A DNA stretch of 64,000 bases from Mizuhopecten yessoensis (GCF_002113885.1 NW_018408899.1:457988-521987), one strand, 5' to 3'; shown: positions 12,471 to 25,720, counted from the first letter of the stretch. A program made the numbers and translations. The notes: generated by a model from the sequence alone, not told the origin.

Positions 12471-15400
12471 AACAATTACTTCTATTCGAGGAATCAAAGC
12501 AAACCCCGGTTAGATTCGAGATGGAGTAATTTGTCCTGACGCCACCATGCAGTAACATAACAATAAGTTCGGTTTGGGTAGCAGGACGTAGAACAGACAT
12601 TTGTCAAAGGTAAATATACACATTGACACTCACTTTTGTTAAGTTCTAAGGTTCTTTAGGTATTCTTTTACGAATTGAGATAAGGCATAATACTGTGTGA
12701 ACAAAGTTGCCTTTCTATTTATATAAGGCGGTATTTGGTTTAAGATGCTGAACATTTTCTAAGTTTTCATGATCATAAACAAGGGAATGCATTTATTGAT
12801 GTTAATTAACTATTGTACCAAAACATATTGGGTTCTACAAATAAATCATAGTTTCGATCGAATATAGTTACAGTATTATAATGTTAAACATCTGTATTGA
12901 ATTGAATTGGAGATGACATGCTGTAATAATGATATGTTAAATGTCACCTATTCAAATCTGGAAAATTTCAATGTCTTTATTTATTTTGTGCTTTCAGGAG
13001 CATGCTACATACATGGGACGCAAAACAAGGTAGGACATCTTCCAGAAAATAAGCAACATCTTGAGTGTTTAGTAAGACATGCAAAGTCTTCACAAATGCA
13101 TTTATGGCATATTTTGCTTTGAATGACATATCAAAATAATATAATGGAAACATTTATTTCCAAACGACTTTGAAGTTCCCGATGGAGTTTTATGCATTCA
13201 ATGGATAGTTATCACAAACTGTTTCTGATTCAATAAAACAGATATTGCCATATAATATCGGCCACATAGTTATCAATGAAATATTTTGATGAAAATACGA
13301 AACAAAAAAGTAAACAATGGAAACCCTTACATCAAAACCCCTTATTAGTTCATCATTGACATTTTTATGCATTCAATTGAATGTGTTCTGGTTGAAAAAT
13401 TACAGACTGTTTCCGGTTCAATCAAAACTGATATAACAATTCAATATTACCGTATTCGTCAACAAAGAAATATTTTGAATAAAATGGTTTTAAAGTGAAG
13501 GAGAGAAAAATGAAACACTTAACTTGTTCTGTTCACATAAAAATAACAACCGTTTGTAAAATCTTTGTATGTAAGAGTTTATAAATTTCCACCTGATTGA
13601 TTCCTTAAGATGATTAATTTGAGTTCATTTTTACCTATTTTTAAATAACATTGATAAAAAAAACAATCAAACAAGAAAATTATTAAACATGCAATCATAA
13701 TCAAAATCAAATAAGATAGGAAATCGTATGGCTATAGATTAACATACATTGATAATAATAGTCAAATTAATATTGGAAATTGCATTGAGTTAGATTTAAA
13801 ATCATATTATCTTACTTACTGGGCAATCAATGCAATAAGGTTTTACAGGGTCAGACTAAGCCTTTTAAACTGGGCCCAGTTGCATCAAGCACAATTACTG
13901 CAATAACATATTCAAGCAACACTTTTATACTAGGTTTTTCATATCATTATTAAAACTGGAAACAAAGTACGTAAATTACAGAATGTATTTACCAATCCGA
14001 AAAATCGGATTTTTTGTTTCAACAGATGCTGTAAATAAAACAAAAAAAAACCCTGAATGAGGCCAAAACGCTCAGTATAAATTGGTCCTGATCATACATG
14101 TAACGTTTGTTTGGTACTGTGTCCTAATGTTACTTATGAATCCACGGGTAAGCGAAACACAACAACTGCAAAATTAATTGATTTCACGAGAAAAAAAGAT
14201 ATGAGAAATAAACATATTGATATATGAAAATAAATCATTCGCACAAAACAATTAAAGTAATTTATTTAATAGAGGCGAATTCTACTTGTTATATATGATC
14301 AGGATTTCGTTCTAAGTAATACTAAAGATCACACATCCCTTCGCAGTATAAACTGTTTAGGATAACGACGCGTGTTACGTTTACCTTACAAAAGCTTTCT
14401 ATTGTGTGTAGTTGTTTATGATCCATTGAACTGTAAGTAAGTGAATATAGACAAGAAGAACAGGGCTACCCCATGCTAGGTTAATTATGACAATTACAGG
14501 TAATTAGCAAAATATTGCTTTTGTATCACGTTATTAGTGAAACCAATTAACCTGATTATACGACCTAAATCACTGTATTTTTATGTTACGAGGAGTGCTA
14601 GACTCAGCTTCAAATGAACCCTTTATCCTAAAATGCAAATTTTGATTGACAATGCGTTCAATTGGTTTCGGATTTAGAAAACCGTATTTAAGATATTTAT
14701 TGACATTAGAATGAACTTACTGCGCCAATGCTTACATTCAAATATGACCAAGGTAAGGGCAAATCTTCCCAGCTTTTCAGTATTGTGTATTTCTTTATTG
14801 GATGAATTATTTAAAAAATAAGTCACAACCCAATACATGAACCATGGGGTTTTAACATACAAGTCAGCCAGTTAATACATTTTTGTTAATAATGTTCTGC
14901 ATATAAAGGCTATTTAGTTCATGGCTACATACTCAAAGGAACCTACTTCCTCATCCAACGGACAAAATCTTAAGAAACTTCCGATGTTTAGACAAAAATA
15001 ATAATAAGGGAACACAAGAAAAAAAAAAGAAAAAAAAACCAGGCATCAGTTGTCTCCAAAAACGTTGGAGGCTGTGCTTAGTGCTTCGAAACTAGTTTCA
15101 TGTGCATTATGTGGCGGTCGTCATAATATCACGCGTTATCAATTATCAAAGTCTTAGTGACCAATACAATCGGTATGTTGTTTTCTTCTTGACTGTTTAT
15201 CCTTTGTTTGCATACGTTTTAAGTCCAACACGTCATCAATATATCATACACAAGACTTTCCCCTCATGTGCAACACCCTGTCAGTGCTCAAAAGTACATT
15301 TACTTTGCATAACAAGTTTCAATAAATTCTCTACAGCAGCCGTGGGGAAAACTGATGAAAATATCATTGTCTATTATTTCATTGCATATCTACCTCGGGA

Positions 15401-15618
15401 ATATGTTTATCTAAAAAGCAGAGCCTACGATTGACATATACGTATCAGCTAATTTATATATGATATACTGATTGTAATTTCTTTTGTTGAATGCGACTTA
15501 TTCTGTTATGTGATAGTTTTAACTTTCTATAGTCTTTATTAACATTTGTGATTACTTCTGAAAACATTTTCTGCCGTTAGAAACTGTAAGCAAGTTTTGT
15601 CTCGCTTTTCGATGATAT

Positions 15619-15679
15619 GATCCATCCATCCATCCCATCTGCATCCGATTCCATCCCATCCACCCATCCATCCATCCAT
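15619..15679 (+). repeat. Imperfect (CCAT)n microsatellite
   Basis: tccatccatccatcccatc... directly visible. Confidence 0.8.
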
Positions 15680-15889
15680 ATTCAAAATCGTACATCAAAA
15701 CATTTACTATTTAGTCCATTTGTAAATTAGTCATTTAAATGTCATTTGCGTTTTTCCTTGGCCACATTTATATAAACATTGGTAAGGTAAGCCTTTTAGT
15801 ATATTTATCATGCCATATTTCCAATTGGTCACCTAATTAAGCATACGAATATGTACCACCTACAAGGCACTAAATGTCATTGTCTGAGA

Positions 15890-16246
15890 CACATGTAATT
15901 TAATAGCTCCATGGTGGTCTCATTCCCTCTCATTAACGTTCATGGTATAACTTATAATTACGTACCCAGTGTGGGAGAACATCAGGAGAGCCATTTGGCT
16001 TTTGTTTTGCTCACATAAATTATTGTTAGATCACATAGAGCGAAAATTATTTTCTTTTTTGTAAAAAACAATACTTCGAGTACTCCTGGAGTGAAGGTAT
16101 TCATAATTGTACCACACAGTGGATGTATAATACTACCCACGTGATACTTATTTAGTATAAATATGTCAATTCGCCTTGATTTAGACACTATAGCTAAACA
16201 AACTTACCATAACTGGAACTAGTAGGAAATATATATCACAGTCATT
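15890..16246 (+). promoter_or_regulatory. Conserved promoter and 5' UTR of copy 3 (CACGTG 16138-16143, TATAAATA 16156-16163)
   Basis: The block ATAGCTC..TGGTGGT..CATTCC ... TGTGGGAGA ... TATAAATATG ... ACTGGAACT is alignable with 20160-20496 and 24310-24645. Confidence 0.7.
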
Positions 16247-17034
16247 ATGGTTCACACAACAGAACTAGACGTTACCAGTGGTCCAGCAAATGTTGTTGAC
16301 AGATGTTTAGATGGAATAAACATCAATAACAGTTGTCGACAGGTGTACCTGCGGAGGATGGAATCCATCGAAGAATGTAAAAGAGCAACGAAGAAAACAG
16401 ATACTCACAAAACAACATCCACCATTGATGCCGCTCTAATGAAACTAAGAATCGAAATGGTAAGCATCATAATTTTGTACAATGTATTGGTGACATTATT
16501 GCTATTATTTCATTATCAATCTTTATTGACTGTTCGAATTATATATATATATTCGGAAAGTAATAGAACATATTGACTATACTTTTCTTTTGTTCTCAGG
16601 TGGATCTTATGGATCAAGATGTTGGACTGATGAGGCAGATGTTAATCCTAAACGAGAAAGTCGAGGAACTCAAGGCCAACAACATCTGTCAGATTAGCAA
16701 GGAATCCCTTGACAGTCAGGACAGTCTGTATGAAGAGGAAGGACAGACAAATAAATACCTCATGCAAAGCCAGGACAGCGTGTACCACTCAGACGAACAG
16801 ACAGACGAATCCCTGTTTGATAGCAAGGAAAGTCTCTACAACATGGAGAAAGAGACAAGCAAACTCTTAGGGGACAGTGCTGATAGTTTATACCAGACTG
16901 ACGGATTCTCATCTGATGAAGAGAACAGTGATGCATGTGATATCGAAAGGTCGGTGAGCACAACGGATTCGCAGCCTCACCTTTTATCATATGACTCTTT
17001 GTTTGAAAAGTTGCTTAACTTTGACAAAAAATGA
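16247..17034 (+). CDS. LURAP/FAM89-like copy 3; exons 16247-16459 + 16600-17034, 215 aa
   Basis: ..LMKLRIEM|gtaagc ... ttctcag|VDLMDQDVGLMRQ; frame open; homologous to the other copies. Confidence 0.88.
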
Positions 17035-17223
17035 AACAGACGACATCAATAGAAACACAGGTATCCCAGCTGTTTAAAACATAATCGAGTATATAGATAG
17101 GCGATAAAATGGTGATATTTGACAATATAGTCGATCCATTCCGACATCACCGATGAAAGAACAAGACGGGATCATTTATCATGGAATGGACGAAAAAGGA
17201 TCATCTAAGAATGAATGTAACAG

Positions 17224-17487
17224 GTAAGGATTTTTTTAAACATATGTTAACAACACATAAAATAATATTAAAAATAACTATAGTAATTATTTTTTCAATC
17301 ATCATAGTTTGAACAATATTTTACATATTTCAAAATTCCTCTTCCATATACGCAGTCAAAGTCTACGGAACTCTTTGCTTCAGACACAAATAAAACTACA
17401 TAGATGTGGAGTTTTAGCTTTTTATGACTCCTGAATATGGACTTATGGAAATGAAATAATGACCTTGAATTATTTTATATTTTTCAG
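17224..17487 (+). other. Predicted 3' UTR intron of copy 3; AATAAA at 17865-17870
   Basis: cag|gtaagg ... tttttcag|aa; flanking exonic sequence aligns with copies 4 and 5 while the intron interior is more diverged. Confidence 0.7.
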
Positions 17488-20159
17488 AACACTTGGAGAT
17501 TGAAAGATACGTCAAAGAGTGAGTGGAGTGCTCCCCGGGAACCGTCATGATGTTGAATGACTGACATCCGCTGTGAAAACAAAGTAGTTATTTTTGCAAT
17601 TGTTGCAAAATAGAAATTCAAAGTAAAATCATTTCCAGACCATTCAGTTAAAAACGAATATTGTTCGTGAACTTTGTGAATGGATCAGAAGGCATTTGAA
17701 TAGAACTTGTTAACGATCAGTATAATCATCGTTAGTGATAATTTCAATGGAATGTATATCATTCCCTCTCACCTGATGTAGCAGACACATTCTATTGTGA
17801 TATACATTATCTTAAACAAGATTGTACATTTCTAACATGACATTTGAGTATTGTTTTGAGCTACAATAAAAAAATATCAATGTGAAACGCGTTTTTACTT
17901 ATCAGTTCCTTGCTGCTATTTCACATAATGCTACTATATTTGGGGCCTTATTTTGAACTGAATATTTTGTCATCCTGGTGTTGATGAAAACTGTTTAATG
18001 TTTAATCACATCAAAACATCTTATTTTTTACCTTTGGAACAAATGGGGTTGATAATGGATGAAGTACAGTTTAAATACACACCCTGTGAGTCAAATAATA
18101 TAATAAAATTTGTAGTTCAGTTTTCTTGAACTAAATAAGTATTGTTTAATACGACGTTGATAAATGTATTAATAACACATTTAGATATTCGGAAAACCAA
18201 ACGAGGTTTAAAAATTCAATTTACTCCTAATAAAATAGCCACCGCTGCATCATTAATACTGAGCTGCTTTAGATATCGCGATCACTCTACTGAAATCACA
18301 TATTTAATTTTATGTTTTACATCACTACATGAATACGACGCTAAGCAGGAAATGTTTAAAAATGTAATACTTAAAGTCATATACGTGTGACAGGTGGCAA
18401 AATTTCACAAATCCGATTTAATCACAAATTGTAACTACAATGTACTTTTCTTGATTCGTATGTTTCTTCCGATATTTAGTTTTTGAAACAAATTGTTTCA
18501 TTATGACAATGTGTGCTAATAAGAGTGACACCATGGAATGGCCAGCAGTGTAGTAAAACAGAGTGGTCCTGTAAGGGAAATTGCAGATATATAATGGTCT
18601 GCCATAGGAACCTGAATTTGGAACAAAATGCCGCATGTATTTCTGCAAGGGAATCATATAGGCTCCTTTTGTATATATTTGAACAGCTAAATGGGTGTTT
18701 TGTGGTTTGTTACAGATAGTTATGTTACAATGATCTCAAATACAATAATTTATATTAACCCTATAAGTAAATTCGTTTTGAAACATGCATAAAACAGCAA
18801 AAAGAAATAATTTCAGTGCCCATGTCAACCGTATTACTTTGTATATACTCTCGACCTCTGCTCTTTAGATGAACCCATTCAGTGTGCAAGCGAAGTACCT
18901 ATTTATTCTTTCTTTATTGAATGGTTACACGCACTGTAATGTAGTGCTAATATGACTCCAAAACTGACAATTCTTCATCCTTTGTGATATTAATGTTTAT
19001 TGACGAGTTAGGACACGCGTTGCCGATATCAGTCAATCATGAAAGAGCGATTCTATCAGGTCAAGTCAATGTCGTTATTTATACTACAGACCTCCTCACT
19101 AGTATTTTAACACCTTGTCTTCCGACGAGCTGTCACATACGTTAACGGTTATTGTTAAAACAATTGTAGTGATATGTCCACCTCGTTAGCGGTTTTGTAT
19201 TTACTTTAAACGTTTTTAATAACACATGTATCGGTTTTGAAGCGCTGGAATGTGATGAATAACCTAACATATCATGTCGAGAATTCAAAGCCCTCCCAGA
19301 TGATCTTTAATGCACAAGATATATACACGACTTTAGAATATTTTAGTTATGTTTGTTACTTTGTAGCACCCTGTTTTATTATCAGCCTTCACGGAAGCCT
19401 TCCTCAAATACTTATTATAATTACACGAACCCCAAAAGTAAACTCAAGTTATTTTCCTCATTATTGTGCTACTGTTCAAAAATAATCTTGAGTTTTTACC
19501 GTATTTCTATATAAATTAAGTATCATATAAAAAAAAAACCGCCATTGCAACTCTGTACCAGTTATTCTTTTTCTTCAGAAAAGTTGATAAAAATAAAGTT
19601 ATAACTCTTTGTATTCTATAAAAGGACATTAGCGATAGGGAGTTTTAACTATACATTCACCTTGCTACTGTATGGTACATGGAAGATGTATAGGTCATGT
19701 TAAGTTAATGAGGCTAATTAACTCTATTGTCTCCTCTGATGGAATTTAGATAAAGGAAACACGTTTTCCCATTCAGGAGCTCACCTACTAAGATAAATGC
19801 CGGTTGTGTCAAAAACAGGTCAAGATAGAAAAATCACTACACATTTTTTTTTGAGGCGGAGGGGTCGCTAAATTGCACATACACAATTTCAATTTCAAAG
19901 TGACATAAATTTCATAGGATTAAAATACCCTGTTTCGAAATGGTTCAGACAACAAGATCAACATTGCAGAATAAACCAAAACAAAACTGCCTGCTTTAGA
20001 CAAATGACTGGACATCATTGGCATCAACAAAGTTTTTAACCAAACTGTGACGTTTTAACTGTACAAACCCTTCGTGTTTTTTCGCGTCATATGATACCCT
20101 ATTAAAGAATACAAGAACCCATCTACGTGATACTATGTATTTTAACTGGGACAAGTGTT

Positions 20160-20496
20160 ATCGTATAGCTCTGTGGTGGTAACATTCCTTCTCTTTAACA
20201 TTCACGGCATAATTTAGAATGACGTATACGATGTGGGAGAGCACCAGGAGAGCAGTATGGCTTTTCTTTTGTTTCCAATCATTATTAGATCACATGGATC
20301 GAAAATTACTTTCTTTTTGTTTAAAAGCAATTATGATAGATCACCTGGAGCGAAAGTAGTGTTAAGTTTACCAGACAGTAAATATAACACGTGATGTTTT
20401 AGTATAAATATGCCAATCTTACTTGACTTAAACATTATAGTGAAATACACTTCTGTACTAAAGTACTGGAACTGGATTGAGATATACGAAAGCATC
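20160..20496 (+). promoter_or_regulatory. Conserved promoter and 5' UTR of copy 4 (CACGTG 20388-20393, TATAAATA 20403-20410)
   Basis: Alignable with the promoters of copies 3 and 5. Confidence 0.7.
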
Positions 20497-21509
20497 ATGG
20501 TTCACACGACAGAAGTAGACGTTACCGTATGTCAATCAAATGCTATCGACAGATGTCTAGATGGAATAGACATTAATAACAGTTGTCGACAGGTGTACCT
20601 GCGGAGGATGGAATCCATCGAAGAATGTAAAAGGTCAACGAAGACTGATACTAAAAAGGCAACATCAACCATAGATGCCGCTCTGATGAAACTAAGGACC
20701 GAAATGGTAAGCATTAATATTATGTTCCGTGTTTCGATGTCTTCTCTTTGTTTTTTGAAAATGAGAAAAATGTGTACTACCTACATGTTTGTTTATATAA
20801 ACTAGACTAACAAAAGACATCGTCATCGATTTTATAGACACCTCGTACACAATTTACACCTTTGTTTGTAATCGCTTCATTTGTCATTTGTCTGATGAAG
20901 GTGACACTGTACATATCGTACTAGTCATCGCAACGTCACATCGAAAATGTTATTGGTTGTGTAAAAAGAACTTCTCATAATCCGTACTTACCAACCTGAA
21001 GAAAATGTTAAAAAACAGATTAACAAAAGTTATAGAATGTGTTGCTAAAACTTGCTATTCGTTTTTCTTTTCAGGTGGATCTTATGGACCAGGATGCAGG
21101 ACTTATGCGACAAATGTTAATCCTGAATGAGAAAGTTGAAGAACTCAAGGCCAACAATATCTGTCAGATGAGCAAGGAATCTTTGGATAGCCGAGAAAGT
21201 CTGTACGAAGTTGACGAAAATGCACATAAACTCTTTACACAAAGCAAGGACAGTCTTTACTTCTCGGACGAGCAGACGGACGAATCCCTGTTTGACAGCA
21301 ATGAAAGTCTCTACAACATGAAGAAACAGACAAGCGAACTCGTAGGGAACAGCGTTGATAGCCTATATCAGTCTGATGAATTTTCATCTGATGAAGAGAA
21401 CGTTATTGGTGATATTAAAAAGTCTGTGAGGAAGACGGATTTATTGCCTGACATTGTATCATATGATTTTTTGTTTGAAAAATTGCTTGACTTTGACGAC
21501 AAAATATGA
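20497..21509 (+). CDS. LURAP/FAM89-like copy 4; exons 20497-20706 + 21075-21509, 214 aa
   Basis: ..LMKLRTEM|gtaagc ... ttttcag|VDLMDQDAGLMRQ; frame open. Confidence 0.88.
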
Positions 21510-21700
21510 CGACATGCTATGCAACTTAGGACACAGCTACCCCAGCTGTTATAATCCAATCCGATGACTCCATTATCGGTTTAACTGATAATTAAGGACA
21601 ACATAGACGATCCATGGCGATGTCAGCAATGAAATAACAAACAGGGGTTATTTCTCTTAGAGAGGACGAAAACAGGACAATGGTGGACTGAATGTAACAG

Positions 21701-21985
21701 GTAAGCAGTTTAAATCAGTTACCTTGAAATGAGGTATCTCTGGTAGATTTGTTTCGACATGGATAATATTAAGTTTATTCTTGTTGTTAATGTTTCAATT
21801 AAGGAAATTTGTATAAGTCATGTTTAATGCATTTCTGAATAACCTTTAATAAAAGCGTTCCTATTCTACAATGTTATACGTACAGCTACGTAGAAATGTA
21901 CTAAATTAAAAAGCTACACGTAACACTAATATTAGAATTTAGGACTGAAAATGATTAATGACAACTATTTACTTCTCTTTTTCAG
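21701..21985 (+). other. Predicted 3' UTR intron of copy 4; AATAAA at 22418-22423
   Basis: aatgtaacag|gtaagc ... ctttttcag|aa. Confidence 0.7.
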
Positions 21986-22754
21986 AATGCATGGAGATGG
22001 CATCACATGTCCGTGAATGAGTATCAGTGCTCTCTAGGGAATCGCCATGACGTTAAAAGGAACGAGATTCCCTGCAAAAGACGAGTTGGACGCAAAATAA
22101 GAACTAAAATCAAACGAATTCCTGAACTATTCGATTACTATTGGATGTTGTTTACGAGCTTTGTGCCTAGATCAGTCGGTTTTGTATGCAACTTCTCAAT
22201 ATTCCTAGAGCGTGTTTACGTGGAATTACGCTGATAAAGACGACTCAATGTATTCATGATGTTTAGACTGTTTACGGTTTATCGAATCACTGTTAGTATG
22301 AACTGCAATGGGATGCATATCACTTTCTATCAACTATGGAAGCAGAAACATTCTATTTCGTAATTTCTATTTTATCATATATTGTTAAATTAACGACATT
22401 TGTGTTTTTATGTTTATAATAAAATTGATTGATGTCAAAACATTGGCCTTATTTGTAATTAATAATAAACAGTTGGTGTTTAATTGAATGAGAATATAGT
22501 TGCAGCTTAACTTTAGGGATAACTATTTTGCAAATGCCGCTGGCATATTTCAATATTACAAAGGCACTGCAAAAGTTTCATTGGCTACATATTCAATAGA
22601 TAAACCACTAAAACAAAATCAAAAACAATCTTTTTAAATATGAATATAACCTATTTAAATATTACCAATGACTTAAGTGCTACAGAAGCAGATAATTCAG
22701 TATTGTTACACGAAGTCAGGGAGGATAAAACTAAGATATACACAAACAATTAAA

Positions 22755-22955
22755 TTCGCTGTAGGTGAAAACAGGAAAGAAAATAGGGGTATAGGAAAAA
22801 AAGAAATGATAACGATAAAGGGGAAATGGAAAGGAAAACGATAAACGAAAAAAACAGAAAAAGATAGCGAAGGGAACATGAAAAAAGGGAAAAGGAATGG
22901 GGCAAAGGTGAATACAGTAAATGATAGCGGTATAGGAAAAGGACAGGAAGGGATA
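22755..22955 (+). repeat. Purine-rich degenerate tandem/low-complexity tract
   Basis: Recurrent GAAAAAAGAAATGATA(A/G)CG..AGGG-like units; nearly all A/G. Confidence 0.55.
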
Positions 22956-24309
22956 TATTATGATAACTGAGGGAGCAAATACATTATCGTCCTTTCAAGG
23001 AGCCTGAAATATGACATAGAAGCAACATCTTTATTTTCGTAAGAGAATCACATAAGTTGTGTCTATAACAGAAGCTATGCAGAAAAAAACAGCGATATTT
23101 ATTATTTCTTCCAAAACTGCCTATAGTGAAAAAATTAAGCAGTTGGCAGAAGATATTATGATGTCATCAATTCTATCATAATATATTGAATTCATATACT
23201 TCTACAACACATATAAATGGTAATATTTATCAAGAATAATGTGTGACATATACGTCTCACGGAGTGCTAACGTGACAAAGAGAGATACTTTATTTCTGGT
23301 ATTTAACCAATTATACCTATGGGGTATACACAATTATCTAATTAGCCATTACAAACAATACACACCACACATAAGCATGCCCATTGTCGAACAGACTACG
23401 GCGAAGAAGAGTGTCAAGCTGGTTTCCTATAGCATAATGCTAAATTTGACTACAGTTTTGCTTTAGCAAGCAAAAAAGGATTTCTCTAGAAAACAAAATG
23501 ATTCGGAATAAGAATCATCACTCTGGTATTGTAATTACACGCTTTGTAAATAAAACTATTTGAAATTGTTTTGAGAACGTTTGCGGTCTACATACAGCTG
23601 AAAACAACTGACTAAACAGGTGTGGGCCAAGACGGCGAATTCAATAGACAAACGTTAAAATCGTATCGAGAAATTGCCCCTTAATGGAAGAAAGGAAGTT
23701 AGAATGGGGTTACAGAAAGGTTTCATTTGGTGTACCCTATTTTTTTTATTCTCTTGTCCTATTAGTAAGATGCAATTTTTATTTTTCAATGTCCATTTAT
23801 CCCCGCGCCTTTAGTTTGTCTTTCCACGATTGTACTTTTCTGATTTTACTACCATACCATATGCTCTTTTCTATCGGTCATTTCCACGCAGCCTGATCAA
23901 AACTCGTTCTGGAGCTATGATATCATTATTCATTTATCAAATTTCTTTTTATAGAAACAACAAACACTAATTTCCTTTAACTTATGAACACATTCAGAAA
24001 CCGGGTGCTTTCATATAACACGCTTTCTAACTAACCAAACAGAATTCTAAGAAGTTTCGATCGATCGTTCGTCCAAGCTATTATCAATCAGCCAATTAAT
24101 CAATTAGTTCCAATACATCATAGTAATCAGCAATTTATATCGAATTTTTAATTTGTCTATTCGTCAAGAAAAGCGCTTTGCATTCCCTGTTATGTGTGCA
24201 ATGTCAAACATTATTTATATATTTATTATGCCATATTTTCTAAATGGTATTGTACACTATCATAAGAAGATCAACCTACAACGCAACACATGTGATTATC
24301 TAAGTTACA

Positions 24310-24645
24310 GGGCATGTGATAGCTCTGTGGTGGTCTCATTCCCTCTCATTTGCATTCATGGCATAATTTGGAAGGCGTTCGCACTGTGGGAGAACATTCC
24401 GAGAACAATAGCACTATTCTTTAACTACAATCAATGTAAGATCACCTTTGGCGAAAATTACTTTCCTTTTGTTGAAAACAATATATGTTCAGGTCACCTG
24501 GAGCGAATATATTCTAATTTCACCATACAATGCGACACCGTGTGGTACCCATTTGGTATAAATATGTCTATCCGACTTGGTTTAACCACTAAAGCAAATC
24601 ACACTTACCAGAACTGGAACTAGATTGAGATATACGGCAGTCATC
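24310..24645 (+). promoter_or_regulatory. Conserved promoter and 5' UTR of copy 5 (TATAAATA 24557-24564)
   Basis: Alignable with the promoters of copies 3 and 4. Confidence 0.7.
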
Positions 24646-25528
24646 ATGGTTCACACAACAGAGCTGGATGCTACCATTGACAAATGTCTAGATGGAATAG
24701 ACATCAATAACAGTTGTCGACAGGTATACCTGCGGAGGATGGAATCCATCGAAGAGTGTAAAAGGTCAACGAAGAAAGAAGCTTCTCACAAAACAACATC
24801 CAGCATTGATGCTGCTCTGAGGAAACTAAGAATCGAAATGGTAAGCATCATCATTCTGTTTAACATTTGATATTATGATGTTCTATTTTGTTCCTACGAA
24901 TACTAGATAATCAGACAGAAGGTAACATAATTCATATTGACATAAAATAAAATGTTTTAAAGCATAGGTCCATGATGTAATTGAATATTTTATCCAAATA
25001 TTATTTAAACAGTTTATATTATACATATCTTCTTTGTCACTTAAGGTGAGTTTGATGGATCAGGATGCTGGTCTGATGCGACAGATGTTAATCCTAAACG
25101 AGAAAGTCGAGGAACTCAAGGCCAACAACATCTGTCAGATGAGCAAAGAATCCCTTGACAGCCAGGACAGTCTGTATGAAGAGGAAGGAGAGACAAATAA
25201 ATATCTCATGCAAAGCCAGGACAGCGTGTACCACTCCGACGAACAGACAGACGAATCCCTGTTTGACAGCAAAGAAAGCATTTTCAACATGGATAATCAA
25301 ACTAGCGAACTCTTTCGGCACACCGCTGATAGTCTGTACCAGACCGATGAATTCTCATCTGATGAAGAAAACATCGATATTTTCGATGTTGTAAAGTCTG
25401 GAAGTAAAACGAATCCACCGCCTTTTGTTAACAATAGATGCGTCAGTTGTCAAAAGAACTTAGTTGAGAAGTTTGTCTCATATGACACAATGTTTGAGAA
25501 ATTGCTTGATTTTGACGACAAGATATAA
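24646..25528 (+). CDS. LURAP/FAM89-like copy 5; exons 24646-24840 + 25046-25528, 225 aa
   Basis: ..LRKLRIEM|gtaagc ... cacttaag|VSLMDQDAGLMRQ; frame open. Confidence 0.87.
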
Positions 25529-25720
25529 AGACAGATTACGTTTATTAGGACAAACAGGTATCCCAGCTGTTCAAATCCAATCGGATTCCTAGATAAACCA
25601 CTCCAGTGTCGATAATGGACAATATTGACGATCTATCCGTCGATGAAGAACCGCCAAGGATACTTTATCCCGGAAAGGAAGAAAAGCAATAACTGCAAAT
25701 TCTACTGAGGAATGAAGCAG

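Noticed and set aside
13185-13480. Diverged ~175-bp local duplication
   Set aside because: Two degenerate copies only; no functional signal
20410-20496. Upstream in-frame ATG extending copy 4
   Set aside because: It overlaps the end of the TATA box, so it lies upstream of the likely TSS; not open in copies 3 and 5
22007-22234. ORF in the last exon of copy 4 as a third coding exon
   Set aside because: Frame not preserved in the homologous last exons of copies 3 and 5; treated as 3' UTR
24153-24623. 156-aa ORF upstream of copy 5
   Set aside because: Covers the conserved promoter; the homologous regions of copies 3 and 4 do not keep the frame; non-ATG start
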